Assembly (NCBI GenBank): GCA_030704615.1
Contig: CM060734.1
Location: forward strand, 7,564,001 to 7,628,000
Length of the DNA: 64,000 nucleotides
DNA from: Takakia lepidozioides
Taxonomy: Eukaryota; Plantae; Bryophyta
Direction of reading: 5' to 3'
Numbering within the stretch: the first letter of the stretch is position 1; each line of letters starts with the position of its first letter. The translations under genes were made by a program, and so were the position numbers. Below, in pieces: positions 1-12,344 of the stretch. The notes beneath the pieces are model-generated. The model ran no database searches. It was not told the DNA's origin and saw only the letters and a list, made by a program, of their open reading frames with translations.

Positions 1-704
1 CATTTGTGCACATTCTCACTATCTCACATAATTCTAATTCTTCAATCATTGCATTCAGAATCGGATTCACATTTCATCATTCCATTCTTCATGCAAAACA
101 AATTGAATTGAAATTCATTTTTTTCTCCTTCTTCTCTTCTATTTATTCACAAGCATTACATCACAATAAGGAAATACTAATCTATCATTGGGAAATAACT
201 CTGTCTTCTAGAACCTACTCACTCTACTCTGCTTTGGTCACAACTCTTTGGCTCAACTGACAAGGATCTATTGTCTCGCAGCTCAATTATAGCAAGCTGC
301 CTCAACAACTTCTATAACCGCCTAACCTCTTCTATTCATCCACAATAGTCATTCATCCATCTTCTTCATTATCGATTAAAGTCAGACTATCGACCATCAC
401 AAAATATCGAGTAATGTCACTATATCGAACCAGTATTGATAGTACCACAGAGTATATCGAGTAGGAAATGCACTAAATAGTCTTAAGAGTAAATCTCAAC
501 CAAAAATTCCTATTATTCTACAAGAGATTGTGAAGACACCAGTGCTTCATGTGCTATTTGTGGATAGGACGCGTATCAAACTCTGCAAAGGCTGCACCAC
601 CAAGGCTAAAGAAACCTATTCCTCCATGATTCCGGTTGGTTCTTGCCCCTAGAAGATCTAAGTCTTTGGCTTGTCCTAAGCTCTTTTTGGTACTATTTTG
701 CTAG

Positions 705-852
705 TTTTCTGTCTGTCCTTTCTCTCTGTCATCCACAAATCTTGGAAACCAAGCACCTTACATCTGGTGAAATCTATGTTTTCTCTCTGTCCTTTCTCTC
801 TGTCATCCACAAATCCTGGAAACCAAGCACCTTACATCTGATGAAATCTATG
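705..852. repeat. Tandem duplication, 2 x 74 bp
   Basis: ttttct(g/c)tctgtcctttctctctgtcatccacaaatc(t/c)tggaaaccaagcaccttacatctg(g/a)tgaaatctatg occurs at 705-778 and 779-852 with 3 mismatches. Confidence 0.95.
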
Positions 853-1802
853 GCATCGCTGTCGCAGCACAAGATGTCATCACGAGTGCATCCTCTCTCT
901 GTGTCTCTGATATCGAAGATAACCTGTTGGGGTCTAATTGCTGGGCAGATCACACACATCAGTTGATGCTGACACTGCCTTGGTGGATATGTATGTCAAG
1001 GCAGCCCTGGAAAAGGGCGTTAGTATCTCTCAGTCATGATTAGTGCAGCTTATTAGTACTCTTAGTTTTGTTTGTGGTGGAAAATGACGGATAACCACTA
1101 ATTTGCATTGGTACCAAACTGCATCAAATAAGCAAGCCTCACAATGAGGGGTAAGCAGCTTAGGCTGCTCCCTCTTCTGTTCTTACACTTAGTAACTAAT
1201 CTCTGCTTGCTACTCTCACCTTTGACCAGTTCCCAGGATTTCATTGTCTAATGCAGCAGGTTGATACGTGCATCTGGGCAGGATGACTCTATTAATGCTG
1301 TACGTCTTGCTAAAGTGGCAACTCTTGAGGCAACATCAACTACTCATAAGGCAATCCTATGTCAACCATACAACATGGGCCACTCACAAGCAAGAGAAGC
1401 TGATGCGCAGGCACTGGCTGACAAGACAATTTTCTTGATGCAGGCCATGGATGCTGTGAAGGAGGAGACGATGCTCTTCACAAACTTGGAAGTGCATTGG
1501 AGGCCTTAGCTAAGGGAGATGGACCTTCATTGCTGCCACAACAACATACTCCATCTGTTGTCACTTCCACAGAGACACTAGCACCTTTAGGGCTGGCTGG
1601 ATCCCTTGGGCACTCAGATGTGTAATCACTCAATCTGGTACTGGTACTGGTACTGGTAGCAATCTCATCTGGTACTGGTTTGATTGCATCTATAATGCTT
1701 TGCAGATTCAGCATGTCTTTGCATATTAAGTGCATGAAGATGACAGGTCCAAAAGCTGGAAATTAGCAGCAGCAGGCCCACTGTCCCCTTTCTTATTTGT
1801 TT

Positions 1803-3830
1803 TTAAAAAAACCAAAATTGTTGAGCCATCTGAAACACACCATCTTGGTTATCCACCAAGACTACTCCAGGAGTCACCATAACGCGCTCGATGGCTGGCC
1901 TAGTTGGTAGCTCTTGCAACCTTGCAGCTGCGGCCGCCGGCCATGGCGCAGCCGTGGCTGTCTTCACCCTTGGATCCACAACATCCTGCATGGACTGCAT
2001 CTTATCTACTATCCCCACAGACAGCGCTGATGCATCACCTGTCTCACAGAGTGTAGCTGCCAGTCTAAACACTTCAGCTGGCCGAATCCCCGGCATTACA
2101 ATTGTCATTGCAAAAAACAATGGAGCCTGGAAAATTTGCCGTAGCCGCCCCCAACAATGTACTAGCTGTACCGTAGCCTAGTGATAATGGGCACATACCA
2201 CGTTGGATGTGGTTGTGGGTTCAAACCACCGTCTGGTGTGTCATGAAGGTGTTCACCTTTCTGCTGGAAGGCAGTAGCCCTTCAGGGTCAAGTGACACCA
2301 TAAGTTACGCTCCCTTCGGGAGGCGTCATACTTATTTTACTAGTTGTACCTTGTCTCCCAGTAGTATCCACTAGCATCCCCTGAGCCATGCCAACTCTCC
2401 CCAATGGCACTCTTGGCTCTACCCCTGATACACTTGGACGAGCGGGTACCATCGATGGCGTGGTTGGCACTATCTCGGCCAATGTGAAAGATTGGGGAAG
2501 CCTTGTCTGTTGACTTGCTTCCCCTCTTTGTGGATCAAAATCCACATCCGCTCCTTTTGGCTCAGCAGCACGAGTTGCGGCTCGAGTAACAGTAGCTGCA
2601 GAGTCCACATGTAATGGCCCTGCAAGTGCGGCTCCACACATGAAGCCCATACCAATCTGATCTTCCTAGGCATAGGAGGTTGTGCAGGTGGGGCTTGAAC
2701 CTCAGGCCTTGGAGTTGGTGCAACATGAGTAGTTGTCATGGCAGCAAGCCGTTGCTCTAGCTGGGCAAGCCTATCTACCATGCCTTGATCATGACCTTGA
2801 CCCTAAGCCTATGCTCCTTGGTTTTGGTTACGACCTCCACGACGACCTCTGCCTCGTCTTCCTCTCTGAACTGCATTGCCTCGTCCTCGGCCACCATTGT
2901 TCCCTTGGAACTAGCCTGGCCGTAGCTCAGGATGCAAGTCATAACAATGGGCCTCTACATGCCCATACTTGCCACAATGCCCACAGTGCAACTGTGTAGG
3001 TTGTGCCTTTGTCGACCCTTTGCCTTCCTCTGGGCAATCCTTCTTGACATGGGGTCCTCCACAAATCCAACAAGAGACACTCGTCTATTGCTGGCCTGAA
3101 AATGAAGGGAGAGACCTCTGCATCTGAGATCCTCTCTGGCCTTCCCCGGGCTTCATCTGAGCCCCCTTGTTGCCTTGAGCAGGTTGGGGGGTTGGTTGTT
3201 GTTGGCTAGGAACTCCACTTCGTTGTGTCTCATTGCCAAACCCCACCATAACCACCCGCTCCTCCACCATATTAAGCTCTATCCGCTCTGCCATCAAAAA
3301 CACATTAATTGCTAATGTGGGTTGGGCCACTTGTAGGAGAGTTGCGTCCCGCACCCTTCTCCTCAGCTCCTTGTCCGGGATCCTATAGTACCAGAATTGG
3401 ACTGCATGAGCTTCTGTAACCCCTTGGGTTACGTTTATCAAGCGCCTCATGCGAGTGTAAGCCTCCCTCAAACTCTCAGTAGGCCTTCGTTAGAACTCTT
3501 GCAAGCTCCGCAACTTCTCTGTCCTTATCCCTTGATAGTTTCTCCTTAACTCCTCAAAGAACTCCACAATTGGGTTAAAGGCAGGCACATGTGTTAGTGT
3601 ACTTGGGGCTTGAGCTTGGGTGGATGTCCCAGCTCTTGTACCACTTGTCCCACTGGTGCTTGCAAAAGCTGCCGGTGTAGCTGCTGGTGTCCCCGCTGCT
3701 CTTGTGCCTCTGGTGATGGAGATATATATAGTCAGGTGATCAATACTCCCGCCATTCCTCAATCTCCACCTCATGTCCCCGCCTAAACTCACGGTAATCG
3801 TCCATGGGTGGCCCCTCAAGGTGCTGAAGC
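1803..3830 (-). mobile_element. Degenerate Ty3/gypsy-like gag region (no pol or LTR seen)
   Basis: Broken minus-strand ORFs with a retrotransposon-gag-like segment (FFEELRRNYQGIRTEKLRSLQEF*RRPTESLREAYTRMRRLI) and two zinc knuckles, CWICGGPHVKKDC (~3035-3073) and CGHCGKYGHVEAHC (~2943-2985). Confidence 0.7.
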
Positions 3831-6800
3831 AGCCCCTTCCACGCCATAAAAGGCATAAACAGTTGTGGATTCCCCCAGTACCGATCCACCCCTACTGCCT
3901 CCATCTACCAGACACTCAGAACACTATATGTCACCACCACCACAACCACAGAAGCAGACACTCGTCCTCAAACACCTAATATGCCATATGCCGACCCGGA
4001 TGACAACCTCTATACAGCATCAACCTCCCCACCCGACACACTCGACCCCCTCCCCAACTCCCCACCAAATGCCACAGACGCCCACTCACCCCCCCCCCCA
4101 CACAACATAGACGGCACCAATGCCTATATCATAGAAGCCATACTGGGAGTCAAAACCCAAACATCACTTGACGCTTTTGGGGCTACTTGCATAGATACAT
4201 ACTACCACTGCAAATGGGCTGGATACCCTTCAGAAGATAACACATGGTAGATAGAGGATGACCTGTTCGGCCCCCATGACGACTGTGACCCAGACCACAA
4301 CCTGACTCTTCTCATCCCCTTCCATAAATGTACCAACACTGACTACCTATCACATATTCATCAGCAACACATCACCTCTACTCAACCAAGGGACAACCGA
4401 TTCGTTCACCAACCGCTCTTTGCCCCCAACGTACACATTTGCATAACTGAATGCAACCCCGACAAAGATGTTAAGCATAACCAACCACTTATTCACATGG
4501 GCCCCCGCCATTCCAATATCTACGCGCCACATGGCCGCTTCATGGGGATCATCCCTAACAACCGACTCGCATGGCTCTGGGAAAAGTACTCTGCTACAAG
4601 CGTACACCCACACTCCCTCCAACCTCCAAAACAAGACTTCGCTACTGAAATATATTGGCTTGTCGACCGATATCTCAAAGACATCCCTCCCAAGAAGCCA
4701 CGGTCCCTCGCCAGACTAGAAACTGCACGCAATACCACCAGATGTTCTTGCCTTACTCATCAACGTCTTTCAGATTAATCACTCATATTACTCTAGCCCA
4801 CTTACATGCCCTTTGGACATACACACTTTCTCCAGTCCACACCATAGAGACTGCATTTTTGGTGCCACGGGTAGTGCCACCCAACATACCTGGGAGGGCA
4901 AGGGCTTGGCCCACCCCACCCCTGGCCCTCTTACTCATGAAGCTCTCCAATGGGCACGGTTTGCTGCTCACTCCTCCCCCTCCACCTCCAGTACAATCCT
5001 CATCCTCACACAGCAAAACATACCTAGTCCCTCCCACCCTCTCCTACGCCTTCCAGTAGGGGTCACCCTACTAGCCACAATCGATCCAAATCAAATGCAA
5101 TATGCTCATACCCCCCCTCTCCCCAAATACCTCAAACGTAAAGAACCTACCCTTATCTTGATCTTGCACGTTCAAAACCCCCTACACACAGACATACCGA
5201 CACCCTTCTCACCAACTCGAACAGTTGTTAACCATAAATCATAAAATGAAAGCATCCATCCACTACCCAGATATACCCCCTCACATCTGCACCCCCGTCA
5301 CACCCCTTCGGATTAAAACAAATAAAGCTTGGGACATGGCGAAGTCGCGCCTCCCCCCAAGGTACACCAACAACACCCCCTCCCCCCATTCCTTCAATAT
5401 ATCAACAAAGCACCACCCTCAAGTATCCCCCAGCAAACTCACACTATACGGATGGCTCCCTCACCAACCATAAAGCAGGGTATAGCATTTACCACGCTGG
5501 CAACGGGCAGGGAGTTGCATTCCGGCTCCCGGGCCCTGCCACCATTCTCAGAGCAGAACTTATGGCCATCCAGGACGCTCTCTCCTTGCTTGGTGCCTTC
5601 CCCCCTCCACACTATATCTTTACTGACAGCCTCACCTCCCTATATCTGATCCGAAACCACGTCTCCCGCCCCTCTTCCCACCATCATCACCCCGATCATA
5701 ACCTTATTGCTGCTATTGTTCACAAAGTCACCTCTATCACCCACCTAGTCCACTTCCTCAAAGTCCGCTCACACATTGGTATCCATGGGAATGATGAAGC
5801 CGATCTCCTCGCTCAACTCGGCACCTCTCAACCCCTAGTATTACCCATGAACGATCCCATCCACATCGCTCACACCCACCCCTTTTGGTTCATTCACCCA
5901 GTCCCCGACCCCCATGCACCTAGACCAGTCCGTAACCTCCTAACCACTCTGACCAGAGAAGCACACAAACAAGCTGCCGCCTCCATCAGCCATACCAAAG
6001 TACACATCCAAAAATGACTCAATATGATATCCTACACCATAAACTCTCAAATCACTTCTGGCTAACCAAAGCCACCACTGACGCACAAATCCGACAAACA
6101 CTTAAATTTAGGTACGCCCAATACATGGGCCACCAACGCAAACACATCTTCTGGCCACACTTGTTCCCATCCCCTTACTACCCACTATGCTCCACCACCC
6201 ACCAAGCTCGCGACACCTGGCCGCATCTTCTTAGCCAATGTACACACCCGATCATACATGGCCTACATATCACGAGACACAACCATGCAGTCTGGCACCT
6301 CCATAAGCTTTTTCAAAAACGTGCGGAAACTAGGTGGTTCTCACTCGTGAATGCTGGCACCTACCAGGGTAGGCCACCTGACCATACAGTACCACCGTGG
6401 CTGGTACCATGCATTTGTACCCGTTCACCATGCTCCTGCCCAGCTAGACTCTGCCCAGACATACTCCTAGTGCATGGCCTGCCCATCAGTACTCTTCCCC
6501 CTACCTCACCATCCCCACAACTCATCATTCACTTTATTGAATTCACTTTCTGCCATGACCGCTATCCAAATGATTCGATTTTAGAGAAATGTCAAAAATA
6601 TGCCCCGCTCATCCTTGCAATCCGCAGGCGTGGCTGGAAAATCGGCCCGCTAACTGTTATTACCACCGGTACCCGTGGTGGCATTCATAACGCCAATATC
6701 AATGCCATACACGATAATTTCCAAATTCCCATCCCACCCATCCATAAATGCTTCAAAGAAATACATCTCACGGCACTCCGCTCACTCACAGCTATTATCA

Positions 6801-6886
6801 CCAACAAATGCCAATTGGAATCCGGCACCTCAAACCCCCCCTAGGTCTCCCATGGTACCAACCCCCCCCCATTTCCAAAGGTCACC

Positions 6887-6990
6887 GGGTGCCCGTAGGG
6901 CACCCCTTCTTTTATAGGGCCCACCCCCGAAAGGGGGCAGTAGCCGCAAGGCGAAGTGGCTCTTAGTTACGCCGGCTTCGGCCAGAGTCT
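6887..6990 (+). ncRNA. Structured RNA element in the LINE 3' UTR
   Basis: Hairpins GGGTGCCC-gta-GGGCACCC, CCCCC-GAAA-GGGGG, GCC-GCAA-GGC (flanked by AGTA/GAA) and GGC-TTCG-GCC within about 100 nt. Confidence 0.6.

Positions 6991-7032
<42 letters not shown>
6989..7032 (+). repeat. (TC)n microsatellite at the LINE 3' end (tail or target site)
   Basis: About 20 TC units directly after the structured 3' UTR. Confidence 0.9.
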
Positions 7033-7036
<4 letters not shown>

Positions 7037-7061
7037 ACAGGTGTGGTTGTGAGTTTTCATC

Positions 7062-10000
7062 ATGGAGGTGTCACCAGTTGCTGAGGGGAGTGCCAGTACG
7101 AGCACCAGCGATACTAGTGGGTACACAAGACGAGGTGTATGGTTTAGGCCGCCCTCACCTTCAGTGTCTCCTGAGGGAGGTTTAGATTCGGAGTCAGAGG
7201 GATTCTCGCCGAGGGTGCAAGCCATTTCCATGCCATTGTTGTGGGATACGATGGAGGAAATGTATGGAGCTACCAACGGGCCACGTAGATACTCCGGAGC
7301 TGTGGGCACCATCGAGCTTGATGATTTCATACATGAGTTTTGATAGTTAGTGTGATTTAATGCTGCAGAGATTTCCAGTCAGGAAGGTAACGTATCTGCC
7401 TCCCGAAGTCGATGGCAATGTAATCTTCGAGTTTCCACCTGTTACTTCGTCAAACAAAGCCTCAGGGATGTTAACAGACATGGATCGAAAGCATGACGGA
7501 CACCCCTGGTGTGTGACGAAGACCAATAGCACGAAAATTGCTGATGTTGTTCGTGTACGATACGTCCTCTGTGCGGGGAAGCTGAGGTGCCTCAATCCCG
7601 CCTGCTTCCACTTTCTCTCCAAAGGAGGGCGGAGAAACGAGACGGATTGGACTGGCACAACCCATCATCTATTCATTGTCTCCAGTCAAGCTTCGGCGGG
7701 TACTTTCAAGTGCGCACATTGCAAAGAACCACCAACGTGCATGTCCATGTGCAGAGCCAAGCAATATTATGTAATCCGTTTGCTCCCGGACTTGACTAGA
7801 GCTTGCATACACGTTGGGGTCCACTGCCACCCCTTGGCGAGAGGCAACATCCGGGAGGCTGTGCAGGAAGCACACGACATCATAAAAGAGGAGGTGAAAT
7901 TGAGCCCCGGAGCCAGACCAAAGCAGATTCAGCTCAAGACAGCCCACAAGATTGCTCTTGGCAAAATCATGCCTAAGATGGTTCAGACCAAGTGCCCTTG
8001 AACGAAGAGGAGATGCTTGACCTGTTGGAGTCCGTCTCGCACGTTTGTAGTCCGAATGTGCGGAATCACATCGTATCTTGCAAGTAGGAAATCGGCCGGG
8101 GATCGGACATGCACTCAATCCTAGAGGTGAAACAAAGGATTGGATATGACTACATCCAAGGTAGCAAGTTTCCAGGGCAAGGCATCGAATCCGATCGTTG
8201 TTACATTTTTAAAATGTCAACATGTGGGCCTGGGAGTGGAGTCAACTTGGTCACTCGCATGACAACTGGAAACTTGCCAAATGCTTGGGTGATGTTTGAC
8301 CACATCAAGCAAATTACAAACCATCAGTGGGTGACTATGGCTGCGCATGTTTATGACTATCACTCCAAGAGGCTCATGACGATTGCAATATGCGAGATGA
8401 AAGGGGAGGACACACAGTCGGAGATGCATCTGTGGGAGGGCATAAACGAGTAGATGGCAAGGGCAGGTTTGCCAGAGCCCAATTTCAGGGGATTCATGGC
8501 AGACAACGCTCAGGCCAACTGGGCAGCGGTGCGGCGTGTGTACGGCAAGGACCCCAATGTTTCAATGGAGGGGAAAGAGAGATCCTGTGGATTCCATTGG
8601 TTGCAGAGTTTATCTCACTACACTACCAAATTTGTTGCTAGCTCATTCCAAGCTGAACACCATGTCCTTTGTACGGCGTGGAAGGATGCACCCACATTTG
8701 ATGACGCGGAGGTTAAGTTTGCTATCATCGAGGCTTGGTGGAACACGTCAGGTGCAGTGGAGACAACCAATCTTGGAGCCTTGCACAGCTGGTCGGGGTG
8801 GTGGCATTTCCGGTATCGATAGTTCAGACAGTACATGCGGGAGGTATGATGCCAGACTTTTCCTGCAATTGTCGTTCTATTACGGACCTTTCCATTTTTC
8901 CCTCACCATTGTTTCTGTCCTTGTAGGAGCGGTGCCTGGATTCCGACATGGACATGCCAAACACGAATATGGCAGAATCAGTCCACTCCTCCTGGCGAGC
9001 GTCTTCTGCCGCACATCTAGTGGACATAGTGACGGCCACAACGGAGGACATTGACAGAGCAATCATGCAGCAAGCCACGTACTACAAGTTCCTGAGCGGA
9101 AAACAATGGGGCTTTGGGCCAGACATGGAGGAATTGTTGGTACGAACAGCTTTGAGGTCCAAGAATCCACTGAAATGGGCAACAACATTGCGAGAGAAGA
9201 TCAAAGGGACGCCTCTGCACCGCAGAGGTGAACACCTAGAGGGGGACGTCCGTACTCGCCCTGTGAGGCGGAGGATTGAAGAGGAACCCGGGTGCGAAGA
9301 GGATTCCTGGAGATCCGACAGGAACATTCGGACAGCACCTCGAGGTCCTGCCATGTTGCCGCACTATGTGTCTTCCAGCAGTGGAAGCCCAAGAGTTTCC
9401 AGATCGCCATCGCCTTCAGCGGGGATTCCGTGCAAGAAATTCCCACCGCTCGCTTGCCCCAGATTCCGCCCGCTGTTATGCAGTATGGCCAACCTATTGT
9501 GGAGACGACTGTGTTTGCGTCACAGTGGAGAATTGCTCGCACAAGGCCGGCGTTTCGAGGCAGGTGTTCCGCAATTCAAGTGGATACACGACAATGTTGT
9601 TTAGAGATGATAAGGAGGAATCCAGATGGGGCTATCCCTGCTCCTACTTTTACATGAAGATTTGTCTATGCAAAGTTTGCGGAGGCGACAACTACCCAGT
9701 TCTGGTTCTGCATGCACAACATTATGACTTGCATGTATGGAAAGCCCAAGTACGGCATACAAACAATGTCAGAGGCTCCCCCAGTGTGGCCGGTGGAACC
9801 AGGATGCGATCTGAGTCAGGGTGAGGCCGACGTCCTTACTGTTGCAGGATTTCGGATGGTGCAGCACACTGACGTCCCTAGACAACCATTTCCGCTTCCA
9901 CAGCCTCCACCACCGACCCCTGTGAGAGCAAGAGCAATGGGACGCGACAACTCTAAGCATCCTACACACCGTTGGGGGAAACCGAAGAGGTGGCGACCTC

Positions 10001-10356
10001 CCTCAAAAGTGAACGAGACAAGGATGGGGAATGCACTTCGGATGAAATGTACAATCCAGAGCTCAACAAAAGTGCCCCCATCAGGCTTCGGGCATGTGTA
10101 TCAGATGGCCACGACAGGCTCAGTTGTCCGCAATGAGGTGTACACCATCACCATTTCAGAATTACCCACCTGCAATTGCACCGACTTCCAGATCATGGCG
10201 AACAAGGGGGCATCATACTGCCCTTGCAAGCATCTGTACTACGTGTACCTAAATAGACTCCGGTGTAATTCCAAAACTCATCACTTCATACATGCACCAA
10301 GGTTGAGCCCCCAAGAGGTGTACACTCTTCTGAATATGGATCCAGGGGACCAGTGA
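7062..10356 (+). mobile_element. Mutator-like (MULE) transposase pseudogene with Cys-rich N-terminal domain and C-terminal SWIM zinc finger
   Basis: WVMFDH..FMADNAQANW..CGFHWLQSL..TNMAESVHSSW (MULE-type DDE and CxxH motifs); CAGKLRCLNPAC..CAHC..C Cys cluster; SWIM CNCTDF..CPCKHLYYV. Several stops and frameshifts; probable intron at 8844-8927. Confidence 0.75.
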
Positions 10357-10948
10357 GCTTGGCTTGCGGGCCACAACACAATGTTACGCCCATCCTTTTC
10401 GGAGTTTCAGTTATAGTAGAACTGTACTGCTGCAAGTACCTCTGACTTTGGCCACATAAAGGTTCGACTTATGTCTTGCCTACCAATAACCTGTTTTGCT
10501 CGAACTAAGATAATACTATGTCATTCACTTCTGTTTCCACGTGCTTGTATTTTTGTTTGTTGGAGGGTTCCTGTTTTTCTGCTCTCCCAAACTTTGCTTT
10601 CTTCATTCGACCCCCGGCAAGGAAATGCGGCGCCGCATTTCCAAGTAACGTCGTAGGTACTGGTAGTTGCGGCCTTCGTCATAGCAAGATAGTCGCACCC
10701 AGCCTTCAGGGAGCTGACCGTCGCCAACACCGAACCCCCCAGAAATTTCGCACGTGCGAACCCTAATGCGGCACCGCATTTCCCAGTTGAGTCGCAAACC
10801 TTTCCCGCCGAATACCCGAAGATGACAGAATTGTGAAGTACTGCAGACTCTATTGGTGCAGACTCTATTGGTTCAATCGCGGCAGAAGGGTCAGCTTCAT
10901 TCCAATGTTAAGGCCATTTACAGGGGTCGAAAAAGTATTCATCCCACA

Positions 10949-12190
10949 GCTTCTCCTCATATTTGTTACCTGTTTTTGGATACTTTCATGTTGTCACATT
11001 GGCAGTATCATGTCAAAGTCACTCCAGACAAGATTCACTCAACCAGCTAACTTGCAGAATTCAACATGGAAATTTAGGGCGGATTCTGATAAGAAGGAAA
11101 AACAGGGTGAAATGTGTTGAAGAAGGTGCCTTCATTAGCAGCGCCTGATTTTATCCATTGTGTCGCTGCTGCTTCGGCTTCCAGTTGACCATATGTTTCT
11201 TGCAGCTATCCTCCACAGGGAATATTCATAGGTAATCTAGAGCTTGAAATCCGGGCCTCATGGATGAAACTGGCCCCACAATGTATCCCTGCACTCCTTC
11301 AGCTATCCATGCCTATGTACAAATCGTGAATACACTCAGCCTTGCTGCAGCTAATAGTTGAAGCAGCTGACACTGACGCCCTAGCCCTACCTACAGACTT
11401 AACATGTCAAAATCACTCCAAAACCACCATAGATCCACCAACAAGCTTCTCCTCATCTATGTTATTTGTTTTTGGATACTTTCCTGCTGCCACATCGGCA
11501 GTAACTTGTCAAAGTCACTCCTAACCACCACAGATCCACCCAACGAGCTAACTTACATAATTAAATATGCATCTTAGGGCCGAGTCTGATGAGAGGGTAA
11601 ACAGGCAGATATAGGTTGAAGAAGAAGGTGCCCTTTGTCGACCTTGACCTTTGTGTCATGACCCATGGAGGATTTGACCGACCATCAACTCAAAGAACCT
11701 CTTGTGTGTGCTGCTTGTGTTTGTAGTCAGGTACTGTCGGATTGGTCTGTGAGAACCACCACGGTGCAGCTGAGCAGGCAGAGATTTAAACACGGCCTGC
11801 TAAGACCAAGCTGACTCTCCCAAGAACCTTGTAAACATCAGGAAGAATACCAAATCATGGTACTAATAGGAGCCAAGAGCCCACATTTGCAGGATGGACA
11901 AACTTCTTCACATTGTACATTAAGAAAAAGCCACACCTTATGATTGCGGTTGTCGCACCATTGTGAAGGATCTTTAAAAAACTCATGCCAGCTCTGCTCC
12001 GTGCTGCAAATTCAGGGCCGAGTCTGATGAGAGGGCAAAACAGGCTGAAATAGGTCGAAGAAGAAGGTGCCCTCACCACATTGTCCTCGACCTTGTGTCA
12101 CAACCCATGGAGGATTTGACTGACCATGAACCCAAGAGGACCTCTTGTGTGTGCTGCTTGTGTCTGTCATCAGGTAATGTCGGATTGGTC
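10949..12190. repeat. Diverged local segmental duplications (three overlapping copies)
   Basis: 10949-11130 resembles 11445-11632; 11575-11748 resembles 12011-12190 (shared agggccgagtctgatgagaggg...gaagaaggtgccc...tgtcggattggtc). Confidence 0.8.
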
Positions 12191-12344
12191 CCCTATGATT
12201 CCATGTGGATCAATAGCTACAAGAAACCTGCTGCATTAGATGGTCAAGTAAAGGTAGCAACTGCAGTGGCACAATTGATAAAATCAGGCACCTCAACCAT
12301 GACCACAACTTCTGAAAGAGGATCAAGAGAGGGAGTCCACAATG

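Larger units (their letters stand above)
3835..7032 (+). mobile_element. Dualen/RandI-like non-LTR retrotransposon, 3' half (copy 1): chromodomain, PCIF1-like MTase fold, RNase H, CCHC, restriction-like endonuclease, 3' UTR
   Basis: Chromo-like YIIEAILG..YYHCKWAGYPSEDNTW (4122-4268); RNase H YTDGS..RAELMAI..IFTDS..KVRSHIGIHGNDEAD (5442-5815); zinc finger (C>Y)PLC..DTWPHLLSQC, RHN, PDILLV..IEFTF..KCQKY (6014-6844). Several stops and frameshifts. Confidence 0.85.

Noticed and set aside
1-580. Possible LTR fragment at the window start
   Set aside because: No PBS, PPT or second copy visible in the window.
774-959. Possible DYW-domain remnant on the minus strand (DA.RFH-like)
   Set aside because: Needs several frameshifts and lacks the HxE/CxxC motifs; too weak to call.
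12011-12100. CTGATGA...GAAA resembling a hammerhead ribozyme core (partial copy at ~11585)
   Set aside because: Stem II pairs poorly, there is no valid NUH cleavage triplet or stem I, and the other duplicate copies do not keep the core.
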